A stretch of 63,999 nt of DNA, counting the filler, from Asterionella formosa (Eukaryota), in the NCBI GenBank assembly GCA_002256025.1. It is 10 parts of 10 records of this genome, joined end to end, with 100 filler letters (N's around TTAATTAATTAA, not from the genome) between each part and the next. Parts side by side here need not be neighbours in the genome. Positions count along the whole stretch, not along the records: positions 6,462 to 12,812 come from NKIB01012731.1; positions 12,913 to 19,272 come from NKIB01012732.1; positions 19,373 to 25,731 come from NKIB01012733.1; 7 more parts are not named here. One strand, 5' to 3'. Every line of letters starts with the position of its first letter. Within the stretch, counting starts at the first letter, position 1. The translations under genes and the position numbers were made by a program. Of the stretch, positions 12,598 to 24,125 are shown piece by piece. The notes under the pieces were generated by a model that saw only the letters and a program-made list of their open reading frames with translations, ran no database searches and had not been told where the DNA came from.

Positions 12598-12912
12598 GCA
12601 TGAAGCCGGCGAAAGTCCGAAACTACGGTACGTGGACACTACCTTATTTTGGCTTAGTAATGTATGTAATCCCCCCCCCCCATATGGTACCAGGGTGGTA
12701 CATGCAAAAAATTCAACCCCCAGTGCAACCTTTTAAGACCGTAGTGAAAGCTAGTGTACTAGCAGTCAACTAGCACTGTGTACAAAGGTAAACTACAAAA
12801 ACCCCTGGTACCNNNNNNNNNNNNNNNNNNNNNNNNNNNNNNNNNNNNNNNNNNNNTTAATTAATTAANNNNNNNNNNNNNNNNNNNNNNNNNNNNNNNN
12901 NNNNNNNNNNNN

Positions 12913-13078
12913 CAAATGAATTATTTGAAACATCAACTAATTCAGTCTCGCGTTCAAAATTCATTGTGAAAACTTCACATGAAACAGTTAAAACTTCACA
13001 TGAAACCGTTAAAACTTCACATGAAACCGTTAAAAGTAATCTTTTTACGTGAAGAGTGGCATTAATGCATGTGAAGTA
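12913..13078. repeat. Second copy of the 188-bp monomer, abutting the protease motif
   Basis: Near-identical to 13827-13972, with three rather than two internal 21-bp units (AAAACTTCACATGAAAC(A/C)GTT). Confidence 0.9.
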
Positions 13079-13783
13079 GCTTGATTGATTATCCAATAGT
13101 ATCCAGTCATGCATCTCAGATGCTTGGTAAAATTGTAGTTTCATATGAGCTCCAGTCCATCCAAATATATTGACATTTGCTTGTTGTGAAGCTTGTGATG
13201 ACGGCGGGTTGTTGGAATTCACAGAGGTAACTGTACTTGTGTCCGATGTAGTAGCCCGTGCCTGTGCATGGCTTTTTTGGGCCTTGTTGATTGCCCATTC
13301 CTCTTTGGGTTTATTCTTGTCTCGGCACGAAGGGGATTTGTGTCCTGCTCTACCACAGCAGTAACATTTTCCCTCTAACTGTGCAAACAATAAGTTCCCA
13401 TGTTCATCTTCCTTCCCTGCATCCTTTTGTTCTCTGCCTTTATTAGGATCTCCTGGTTTCTTTTGACTGTTGGGTTTATTTGTTACATCAAACCGATGGT
13501 TGCTGAGAACATTATTTGATTCGGTGATGGTCTTCGGGTATTGGTCGTTGCCGAGTGATTGTTGAGTGTTCAGCCCGGTCATAATTGATCCATATTTGGC
13601 TTTATCCGCATTATCGAGGTATAAATAGGCCATAAATTGACTGAAAGCTTGTTCGCGAAATTTATCTTGTAGCTTGATGTTGGTCTTGCTGTATCTGTCC
13701 ATGGCTTCAACGAACTTGGTGAGGATAATGGGTCCTCCCATGTGTGACTTGAGCATATCTTGTGCCACACGAGATCTCTTGGT

Positions 13784-14040
13784 ACCACATAATTAACACT
13801 CGTACGTAGACGAAATTTCGAAAAGTCAAATGAATTATTTGAAACATCAACTAATTCAGTCTCGCGTTCAAAATTCATTGTGAAAACTTCACATGAAACA
13901 GTTAAAACTTCACATGAAACCATTAAAAGTAATCTCTTTTACGTGAAGAGTGGCATTAATGCATGTGAAGTACCACATAATTAACACTCATACGTAGACG
14001 AAATTTCGAAAAGTGGCGTATTTCGCGGCTTAGATGTGGT
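13784..14040. mobile_element. 257-bp insertion in gag: one 188-bp monomer plus a partial second copy
   Basis: Removing 13784-14040 restores the gag frame (QDYT|KRSRVAQD). Ends are ACCACAT / ATGTGGT. Confidence 0.8.
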
Positions 14041-14859
14041 GTAGTCTTGTAGACTTTCTCCTTCCTTTTTCTTTGTAAATAAAAGCGTTCTCATCGCATC
14101 TAAAATGATCGACATAGAATATCGATTTTCTTGAAAATTTAGTGCGTGTTCTTTAATTGCCATAAGCAATGTTATTGGGTTATTTTCGATCCTATTGTAA
14201 TCGGATCTTGCTTCGATCTTGTTCTTCATGGCTTTGTTGCATCATTCCTAGAGCAACGCATATGCCTTGGTATTATTATTTTCGTAGGCCTGTACCCTTT
14301 TACTGTAGGTGTCATAGTCAGCCTTGAACTCAATCTCATATTGTCGATTCTCTGCATTGCAATCTTTTTCTGTTGTTGCAATACTCACTTGCATTCTTGG
14401 CTTCCATGCCGATGTGTTGATTGGTTCTAACAACTTGAGCGCGGTTCCTATGTCGTTGCCAGAGTTGAACACTTTCTTGATGTGATTGATGAGGTACTCA
14501 GTAGTAGTCTCATAATCAGATGCCTGGCCTGCTTCGCCGATCCGAGGTAGTAGTTATAGTCATTAACTGTCTTCTTGATGGTGTGAGAAGCATTATTGGT
14601 CCCTCCCCTGGCTTGAAACTTTCCTTTGCCACTCAGGATGCGCCTTGTGCGACTTCTTCAGACTCTGGATGGTCTGGTACCCCCAGATCTTGTCTCCGGA
14701 CTCTCAACGGTCCACCTGTTGTTGATTGTGATACTACGGCTCTTCCTGGCTGGCTAATTCTATTAAAACTGTTAAATTGCGTCACGAAGCCCTCTATTGC
14801 TTTCTTGTATCCTGTAAGGACACATCAGGGACCTAATAGGCTGTAGATATGAACAACGA

Positions 14860-15042
14860 TGTTGCAGTAATCGATTGTAATCGTTCCTAAGAGTTTTAGA
14901 AGAATTATGGGTTTTACTGGTGATGTAGATTGTTTTCGAATTCTGAGTTTTCTCTGGTACCATATTCTTTTGATTCATTCGATTCAATATGTAGTAGGTT
15001 ATTTACACCGGGATTTTCTTTCCTAAAATTATTTCTCCAACA
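14860..15042 (-). repeat. 5' LTR (~183 bp) of the CoDi-like element
   Basis: Minus strand reads TGTTGGAGAAA...CTGCAACA. First ~60 nt nearly identical to the PPT-preceded LTR at 26110. Confidence 0.75.
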
Positions 15043-15671
15043 ATGCTCTGCCATTGTTTTGGATGAATAGACTGGCCTTTATGATTGGTTAGTGGACAGG
15101 GCATTGGTGTGATCCTCCTATGGCTACAGATTTTTCATCTTTCAAGGAAATAGTATGCCATTGCGACAGCAGTAAGCAATGTTCATTCCTACTGAACAAG
15201 AACAAGAAAGCTTCTTCTTTGTGGGGTCACTGTCTTGATGCGCTGTATCCAGTGATTTAGCTGTGATAATAACAACAATGAGTAACACTGAATCCGTTTG
15301 ACATAATCAAATCACACAGTACAAAATATACCGGTATATATATTCAAAATAGATTCTACATCGCTTTACGTAGTAGGTATATACTATAATCTATACTCCG
15401 ATCGACGACTATGTATCATACTTATGTACGACCCTGCGGCTTGGCAACTATTTGAAAGTGCACGCACTCAAGGAGTGGTACGCGTATGTAGGTCCAATGA
15501 TGATCATGTACTAGTACCCGTACATTATGAAAATAATACCAACTGCCAGTACCAGGTAGTCTACTGTCTACTGTCCACCCAAGAAAATGTTTCGAGGTAC
15601 CTGGTACCAATGTGGCCGGCATGGGTCTGAAAGACCTTGCAAACCGGGCCAATCAAACGGAGGAAAAGTTC

Positions 15672-15734
15672 GTGTTTGATTACCGGTAGTCTGACTCATT
15701 GTTTTTTAACCCTACCTTGAGCTAGGGGCTCAAA
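15672..15734 (+). repeat. Dispersed repeat, reverse-complement homolog of 61399-61460; probably a DNA-transposon terminal region
   Basis: Direct alignment of TGTTTGATTA..GTCTGACTCA.TTGTTTTTTAACCCTACCT.GAGCTA..GGGG.TCAAA. Confidence 0.85.
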
Positions 15735-15827
15735 TGCAGCAACCCTAAGAGGTTTACGGTACAAAAAGAATAACGCACCCCTCAAACATTTATTTTACAC
15801 ATCTTGTCGACAGCCACAATCAACAAA

Positions 15828-16868
15828 ATGGCGGCACTTCAGCCGGTAGCTGTTGGCTTTCCTCCAGAACCTCTGGAGATTCCTCCTATCATCCATGAAG
15901 CGCGATATCGCAGCAATGAAGTTCTATTTCTTATGCGTGATGGTGGGGAAGCAACCAGCGCTTATTCTCGGATTGACAAACCGTCAATTGCGTGCAGTCA
16001 TGAAAGAGGGTCAGTTCTGTTCTGTCACTTGTGGAGCAGACAATCTTCGGCGGTTCCATTCGAGATTTCCAAGGAAATCATGGTGGTGAAGAAACTATTG
16101 AGAACAAAGTTGGACAAGGCCATTGCGGCAGGAACGACACAAGAAAACTCCTACACTGAAATCGCCTATATGCAACAATGCGGTGACGACACTCACATTG
16201 GGACAATTCATGAAGCATTGATGGACCGAAAGTATCTGTTCATCATTATGCCATGGCTAGGATGGGACTTGTCATCCACCCAAATTCACGATCCGAAACG
16301 TCTTGCCAGAGCCATGATGCAAGATTTGATTCACCTGCAGAGGCACTCAATCCTTCATCGAGATGTTTCACCGGAAAATATTATTTTTTCGTCCATTAAT
16401 TCGTCGACTCCACTTATTGATCTTGCCATGACACTTAAATGCTGTGTCCTGGAAGGAAACTCCCAAAGTATTGCGGCTGGTCAACCCTGGTGTGGGAAGT
16501 TGCCATATATCTCACCAGAAGTATTGGCACAAGAAGAATTTGATTTTGCTGCAGATGTTTGGAGCATGGGTGTCACTCTCTTGACTTTAGTATTACAGGA
16601 AAGATTTTGGGAATCTCCATTGCCCTCTGATCTGATGTATACATTCTTTATTCTTGACCAAGGCTTAACCGACCACAATGTCTTGGAACGAACAATCGAG
16701 GCACTGGTCAGTCAAAATGAATTCCCGCCGTACTTGGGAAAATTGCTCAAGGTTAGGGACATGGACCCATTACTTCGGGATTTGTTAGGATTGATATTGT
16801 CTCCAGTTCCAAATGACCGACCCTGTGTCAATGAGATTTTAAATCATCCTTGGTTTCTTAACAATTGA
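15828..16868 (+). CDS. Intronless Ser/Thr protein kinase-like protein with atypical motifs
   Basis: VVKK, alphaC Glu (YTEIA), HRDVSPEN, IDLAM at the DFG position, CGKLPYISPE, ADVWSMG, ILNHPWF. Confidence 0.85.
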   Translation: MAALQPVAVGFPPEPLEIPPIIHEARYRSNEVLFLMRDGGEATSAYSRIDKPSIACSHERGSVLFCHLWSRQSSAVPFEISKEIMVVKKLLRTKLDKAIAAGTTQENSYTEIAYMQQCGDDTHIGTIHEALMDRKYLFIIMPWLGWDLSSTQIHDPKRLARAMMQDLIHLQRHSILHRDVSPENIIFSSINSSTPLIDLAMTLKCCVLEGNSQSIAAGQPWCGKLPYISPEVLAQEEFDFAADVWSMGVTLLTLVLQERFWESPLPSDLMYTFFILDQGLTDHNVLERTIEALVSQNEFPPYLGKLLKVRDMDPLLRDLLGLILSPVPNDRPCVNEILNHPWFLNN

Positions 16869-17499
16869 GTGAATGACAAGACCAAACACACGATGGATCC
16901 TCATTCTACTGAGTGACGAATACTTGGCAGACTAGTCTATGTACCCATTGTGAAAGTTGGACCAATGATGAGACCTTGCTATGTAGAACCACTGTGCTTC
17001 CAATTTTAAGATATATGTTTAGCTACAAATTTTGTTACGGCAACATTGTTCCTTCAGTGCATATACCATTATTAGACTACATGCAGACCTGCATACATTG
17101 AGCTGAGGCAATTGTGGTGATATACTATTGTGTGGTACAGACACTACATTTATTCTTCATGTAAACTGTAATGAATAATACTATATATATATATTTAACA
17201 CCATTTTTATGGCATCTTAAAAACTACACAACTGGAATAGAATTTTTTGTGTGGACACCCCTTGGTGGCAGGTTCAGCAAGGATCAGCCCAACATACATG
17301 GTGATGTTAATTTCTCTGCAGCATAGGAGGTGTGTGTGGATGCCCAATCTCAAATGAATGACAGGGAAAATTCTTGAGTACTAGGAAATTGTCTCTGCCA
17401 GGTGGCACTCTTCCTTTTCTCACTTATTGCATGAAGAACGGTCTGGTAGGAAATTACATGTTTGTCAATATTTAGGCGCTGAGGGCGTCTGTATTGAAT

Positions 17500-18250
17500 A
17501 GAGTTAAAGTTGTTTGCACTTTTGGAGAAAGTACCAGCCACACTTGAGGTGATCTGGGTTGTCTTGGTTGTGTACTAGGTTTTGAAACCCGAAATGGTTG
17601 TGGATTGGGAGTTGCCCTCGGTTAGTAGTAACCAAGGCAGCAAAGGCTGCATAGAGAAATTCCGCTTTTTCCAATATTTATTCTTTTTGTGTGGGCATTC
17701 CTGGAGGAGTACCTCCACTGGTATTTGGTAAAGGTCTGCATCACCAGTGCAAATCAGTCCCCTGTTGGTGTAATATTCTTCGATTTTTTGGTTCAAATCA
17801 AAGTTATCAATATTGCTATTAGATTCTTTTTGAAGAACCGCAATCCTTTCTTCCCAGGCTTTTTGCCAGTATCTAAATTTGAGTATTGGCCTCGTTGGAC
17901 CAACAGATTCCTGTCTCTAGGGACTTCCAGTTCCCTTTGTGGGTGTGGGTAACAGGGGAACTCCATGATGATGAGCTGAGATACCCATTGGCGAATAGAA
18001 AGTATATCTCCAAATAATCCAGCTGAGAATCTTGTTTGCCACTGCTCCATTGCCTCAGCTGTAGATACAAGAATCATGACATGTTTGTTTCTTCCCTTGT
18101 CCCTCCTGCTGATTGGTTGATTGTTGCCTTGCTTGGTGAATTCTTCGCCAATCCGTCCCTTGTGTGGTTGCCAATGTCCAATGTCCGATTGTGTGACTTG
18201 AAGAAAATAACGACTTCCATTGCGAAACTTGTTATCATTCACATCAACTC
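17500..18250 (-). mobile_element. Probable decayed non-LTR retrotransposon 3' region
   Basis: Frameshifted ORF pieces such as NQKIEEYYTNRGLICTGDADLYQIPVEVLL resemble C-terminal parts of diatom LINE ORFs as I recall them. No RT motif is visible. Confidence 0.35.
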
Positions 18251-19525
18251 AATCCTTGCTCATATCATCGTTATCGCTACTTCTTCCATAAGAAAGAAGA
18301 GGAATGAAAATGGACAAAAAACTGAGAGAGTTTCTGGTGGACAAAGTTGTGCAACATTATTTGGTCTGTTGCAAATGTTACTCTGTTTGATTGTCACATC
18401 ATCGGCCGGGAATACTGTGCACAGCATTTCTCTCAGCTCCAGCAGGCAACTGCCTTAGCAATGCAATCTACCTGTGAGGTGCTGCAAGACAAAAAATGAA
18501 GTAATCAAGACAAATGGAGGACAAGGATCACGATTTCGGAGGTGTGTGACAATGTGGTGTTACTATGTTTTATTATTTTTACTACGGTATGGTGAAGTTT
18601 CATTCTTCACTGTGCTAGCTTTGCTTACCAAGAATATCCTGGTACCAGTACCACCGGTCGTTTTAAGCTGCAAGAAACAAGGCAGGCAGCAAATAAAAAA
18701 CAGCTCCTTACCAGGTACCATTGTGCTGGTACCCTCCTACCTGGGAGTTGCGTGAGAAAGACAGTTTTCATAATGAGGAAAACTGAGATAAATTCTCACT
18801 ACATACGGTACCTGGTAGAGTATGTGTACCTGATGGCATCTACAAAATGTTATGAGAGGGATGATACCATCTCCATCGATGCAGCACCAGTGGTTGTCAT
18901 GATTTAGCGTGGCCGGCGCCAGCTGATCAAATGTTCTGTGTAAAGCACGGTACACCTGGTACACGCCAGACGATACCATCAGGCACGGAAGAACATTTCC
19001 TCATTGTTTGCATCAAGATATCATCCTGTTGTCTCAACACTTCTCTCCCATTAGATGACATCCTCGTAGTCTACTCACAACACAACACCACAGGTAGTAT
19101 GCCAGCAACAACTCCGCCATCCACCGTGGTCACTTCCACTTCCAGTTCCAGCAAGCGCCCTTTTTGTCCTCCAAATCTTTCCTCGGAGAAATGTGCGAGT
19201 AACAAGAAACGAAGGACAGCTGCCAAACCCAAGGTGAGTTCTCACAATGCATGTCACACAAACGAAAAGGACNNNNNNNNNNNNNNNNNNNNNNNNNNNN
19301 NNNNNNNNNNNNNNNNTTAATTAATTAANNNNNNNNNNNNNNNNNNNNNNNNNNNNNNNNNNNNNNNNNNNNAATGAATGAATAATGAACATAACACCGG
19401 TACATAGCAATGTTCGAAGAAACCATGTACAGTATTAGGCAATTATCCCATACAAATTACTTATAGGTACGGCCTGGGACCTTTCTTTTCTGATCGAAAC
19501 ATCGATTACAAGTTCACTTAACAAA

Positions 19526-22500
19526 ATGGTTGCTGCTAATTCTTACCGCAAAGCTACTGTGGACGATAGAAAGCGGCCCATCCTCGGCGCTGCAGGCACT
19601 GTGGCATTCAAGGTTGTTCTTGTTTTGCTTGCTTTCATTGGAAATGTCCAAGCCAGCATTGGTGATTCCGACGAGCAGTCGTGCGGAGTGTACATGGCCG
19701 AAAGTTCTATCAAGAATGCCGGCTGGGGTGTCTTTGCTGGAAGGGACTTTCACCCCGGTGACCGAATGGTGAGACATAAAAGATTTGGTATGGCTGCGTC
19801 CTCGTTATACAAAAATGTACAATCTAATTGATTGCATCTGCAGGGTTCAAAAGGTATCGGAATCCCCGTCGTCGACCCGGAATCCATCAACGACGTTGGG
19901 GCTCTTGCAGGATTTCTCTGGCAAACAGCGACTGTCGGAGCTTTTAACGAAGCGAATAAAGTACAATTGATCCTTCCAGGAATCGCGATGCTGGCTAACC
20001 ATCATCCACAGCTCTCAAACTGTAAGTTGCGGCACTGCTTCCTTGGGATGCCCTTGAGCCGCTGTGACACACGCTGGTATTTAAAATCAACCCTCACACT
20101 CCTGTTTGGTAGCCTATGAAAGTGGTCTTTCATACAGTCCCGAACTGAGAAGGGACAGAGATCCCATGACCGGTAGCATTACGTCATATCATGGTCTTGA
20201 CTTTATTGCAAGTAAGAGCATATCTGCAGGTGACGAACTGTTTCTTGAGTCGAAGCAGGATTGGGTCGGAACATCAGCCCTTCCTCAACATATCCACTAT
20301 ACCAGGGCAAAAGAAATTGTTGACGCTCTCGTTATTTACCAAGAAAAACATCCTGATCTCAGCGAAGAGCAGTGGATCGACTTATTGTATCGCATGCGAA
20401 CTGAACTGATCAACGGTGAGCCTATTGCAGCCAGTCTACTTCCCAAAAACTTACATTTCTTGATGAAGGCAAAGGAGGCTACAATTGGTAAGATGGATCT
20501 AATAGACCGAAGCTTGAGATGGCTGAAAGAAAATGGAAAGTGTCTCGACAATATTAAAGAAGGAGTGAGCACCCTAGCCGGATCTGGACGTGGAGCTTTC
20601 GCGACCAGATTCCTGAAAAATGGAACAGTTGTTTCCCCTGCTCCCTTGATGCAAATCATGAATAAATCATCCCTACAGATTAAATCGGAGACTAATTCAA
20701 CTCAGCAATTACTGCTAAACTACTGCTTCGGTCATCGACAATCACAAGTTCTGCTCTGTCCAACGACGCAAGCTGCATTGATTAATCACAACTCAGAAGG
20801 CGCGAACGTTGAAATCCGATGGGCAGCAGCATCAACAAACAGGATCAACGCCAATGTAGAAAATCGCCTTGAAGGTCTTGAAGAGATGAAAGTTGATAAC
20901 CGTCACCATGAATTCATGAATTCGAGGCTGTCATTCGATTTTGTCGCAACTAAAGATATTCAACCAGGCGACGAAATATTTTTGAACTACGGTAAGGAAT
21001 GGGAGGACGCGTTATTGGCACACATTAATAAATGGAAACGACCTGAATCATGGCGCACGTACATACCATCAAGTATTCTAAACGAAAGAAACGAAACTAT
21101 CATGCTGTCCGATGACCCAAGAATGATGATTCAGCATAGCTATGAATGCAAAATCGAGCCTTTCGCAACCGAGGAGCGAGTGAGTGACGAGGAAGAATAC
21201 CGGTCTAATCCATCGGTGTTCTTCGAGAACTTGAGTGATCATATGAAGCTTCTAATAAGGGACAACAAGTTTTTGGTTTGGTACCCTTGTGAAGTTCTTG
21301 AAATCGACGAATCAGGGACCGCCTATAAGATCCTTGTCTATTCAAAAGTCCTTCAAGAGCGTAAAGTCATCAGAAAGCTTCGTGGGGTCCCGAGATCAGC
21401 AATCCGTTTTTCTGACCACTCATATCATTCAGATCAACATCTCGTATCTTCCTTTCGACATTACATTCCTATCCCTGACTCAATGTTTCCTCTCCGATGG
21501 AGAATGGATTATAATTCGGCTTCCCAGCTTCATCTTGGTACAACGAATGCTGGTGTGGACGTTGAATTGAAGGAAAATGCGCACCTCATCGAAGAATACG
21601 AAAAAAATCTTCGTGCTGCAAAATGCGGAATATACTTCGCCCCGAGTAATATCCCACATGCTGGTTTTGGTACATACACGGCCGTGCCCCTAAGCGGAAG
21701 AGGTCTTATTATTGGAACCGAGCTTCCAGCTGTTGTTTTCCCTAAACTCAACGGTTTTTGGGACGGTGGTGATTATATTTGGGGGGCAAGGTCGTACCGC
21801 TGCGAATACGAAACAGATTGGAAAGAAATCTCTACTGTAGTGCTCGCTGTCAATGATGGTGCGCTTGCAAATTTTCATCCCGGCTTGGTCAATGAGTTTC
21901 TTGTCCCTTCAAAATGGGATCCCATATTGGATCGATGCACAGATAGCGGAGCTGGGGCCTTTTCAGACTACGTCCACTACTCGTTCAAGTCCGCTTTCCA
22001 ACTTGACGCAGGCGAGGAACTCTTTGTATCATATGGTAAGTCAGTTCTTCAATTCTTCCAATCTATTTCAATTGGATTGCTGTTCTCATACTATCGATCA
22101 TTTACAATCGCCTTTTCAGGTGAGCAGTGGTAAGTTCACTCATTTGCTTAGAAAAGCAGCTATTGTTCCAGTTGTCAACAATTAATCTCGTCTCTCCCTT
22201 TAGGTTCATGACTAGACCGGCATTTGCTGATCTAGCAATGTCCGAACATTTTTCACAGGCAAACAACATTATTGCATCTATTTGGTCCATGATTTCCATT
22301 CCGAATGTGGGTATAACCGGAATCCAGGGAGAGGACTTGTTGGAACTAGCTAAGCTTAGCGTTGTTAAGGAGCACCGAACCAAAATGGCGCTGCGTAGTG
22401 TCCGAACAATTGAAGATATTGCACACGCAGTGAATCGAAATGGCACTGCTCAATTCACCGTGCAGCCGAGGTCTCTAGAATGGTTCGAAGAACACGGTGA

Positions 22501-23782
22501 GTAAAACTGATAGTTTCGTCATTGCCCTATTGTTAAGTGTCTCACCGACGAAACAGGGCAATGCATTGATCACATTTATGTCAAGGACAGCACCATTCGT
22601 CAGGCAGGCAAAGGGGCATTTTCCAGGTAAATCGGTATGACATGAGGTGCATTAATTTTCTTGGATGAATTTCGCTAAAAAAATTGGTGTTCACATCAAC
22701 GGACAGGAGACTCCTCGATGAGGGATCAACGATTATTTCAGCACCACTTATAACAACTTGGGGTCAGCACATGTTTGAAATCAATACTACAGGAGTCCAT
22801 TTTCCGGGCATCGAAGATATCAATAATATATCACTTTTCCTTAATTATCAATTCAGCCACCCTGACTCAAGTGTTTTCTTTTTTCCAATAAATCAAGTCA
22901 TCGCAATTAATCACAACAGTGACAGAAGCAAGGGAGGTGTCGAGCCAAACGCTCAGATTCGATGGGCAACATGGAACCGGAAGAGCACTTATTTTCTTGA
23001 ACGACCAATACAAGATTTAAAAAATGTAAGTTGACTGAGGAGCAACTTACTTCTAAACGATGATGAAAAGAACTCAAATTTCAGCTAACTAAAATCATGG
23101 CATTACTTCTCAGGAGCATTACAGCACGATGGTTTTAGATGTTGTGGCAACTCGAGACATACAAGTGGATGAAGAAATATTTATTGACTACGGTGAAGAA
23201 TGGGAAACGGCTTGGAACCAACATGTGCACAACTATGGAAACACGTGCCAATCAAAGTCGAATACAAAGACATCAAAAACAATTGCATCCATGAATATTG
23301 ACAAGTTCAATCCAGACCACCATGCATGGAGTGACGATCACTTTACGGTATGCAAAAACTACAATATAATTGATACTGACACGTTCTTGATTGTCGCAGA
23401 TATGAAAGAAGCTCATCGTTATCCTGAAACCATTGGTGGCTTCACGCTGCCAACACTGGATTCCTTCGCTTCGATCACTTGGGATCACATTGGTTTCAAT
23501 CTGACAACCGACGACGCTTTTTCTGATAGAAAGCCTTGCCTAATTGTCACTGTGCGTAGTGAGCCCATAGCAGTGTTCGACGTTGTGTATTTTTTGACCT
23601 CCGATGTGACTCCACAAGCTGGGAAGCTCTTTCGTGTGGTTAATCTACCCGCCACCGACCTGGAGTTCATCCCCATGCCATTTCGATCTGACACCTTTTA
23701 CAAAGGTTCATTTCGCCATGCCATCAAAATTCCTGATGATGTTTTCCCTCGGCACTGGAAAGATGCACCCAAGGAAGTTTAA
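19526..23782 (+). CDS. Diatom-type secretory multi-SET-domain protein (BacSET-like); exons 19526-19768, 19844-20021, 20113-22035, 22120-22129, 22204-22496, 22557-22626, 22707-23025, 23114-23782
   Basis: Hydrophobic signal (VVLVLLAFIGNVQA). Four SET-like units with S.I..AG.G.F/Y, (A/I)NH and GEE(L/I)F..YG-type motifs. Two FRH.I.IPD..FP..W tails. All seven GT-AG junctions keep the frame. Confidence 0.85.
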
Positions 23783-24125
23783 TGAAATGGATTGGCCTTG
23801 TTGACCAAACGGTACACTTGACCTGCGCTGTATATGTTGTACGCCGGACAGAGGTACATGGATGTATCAGCAGCCATTTTGTTGTACTCCCCTACTATCA
23901 TGCTGTGAACATATTTCGGCTTCGGTGGATACTGTGCAAATTTAGGAAATCGACCTTACCCGTGTCGGATCTGTTTCGCCGTGCGGCCCTTACTAACCCA
24001 AATTTATCAACATAGTATACCACTTTACTCGCTAGTTTGACTTTATAATATTTAAGCGCCACTGTCCTTTTCCACAGTTCTAACGAATTCAATTAACCTG
24101 TTGGCTAAATTACTCACCCAAACGC

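Larger units (their letters stand above)
13079..15042 (-). mobile_element. Diatom Copia (CoDi-like) element: 5' LTR, gag and protease start, interrupted
   Basis: Gag with zinc knuckle CYCCGRAGHKSPSC, GNDQYPKT motif, protease WILLDNQSS. Stops and insertions present. Confidence 0.88.

Noticed and set aside
12592..12812. Possible MITE from 10-bp inverted matches (TTTTTGCATG/CATGCAAAAA; GGTACCAGGG/CCCTGGTACC)
   Set aside because: Matches are short, no target duplication is visible and the contig ends here.
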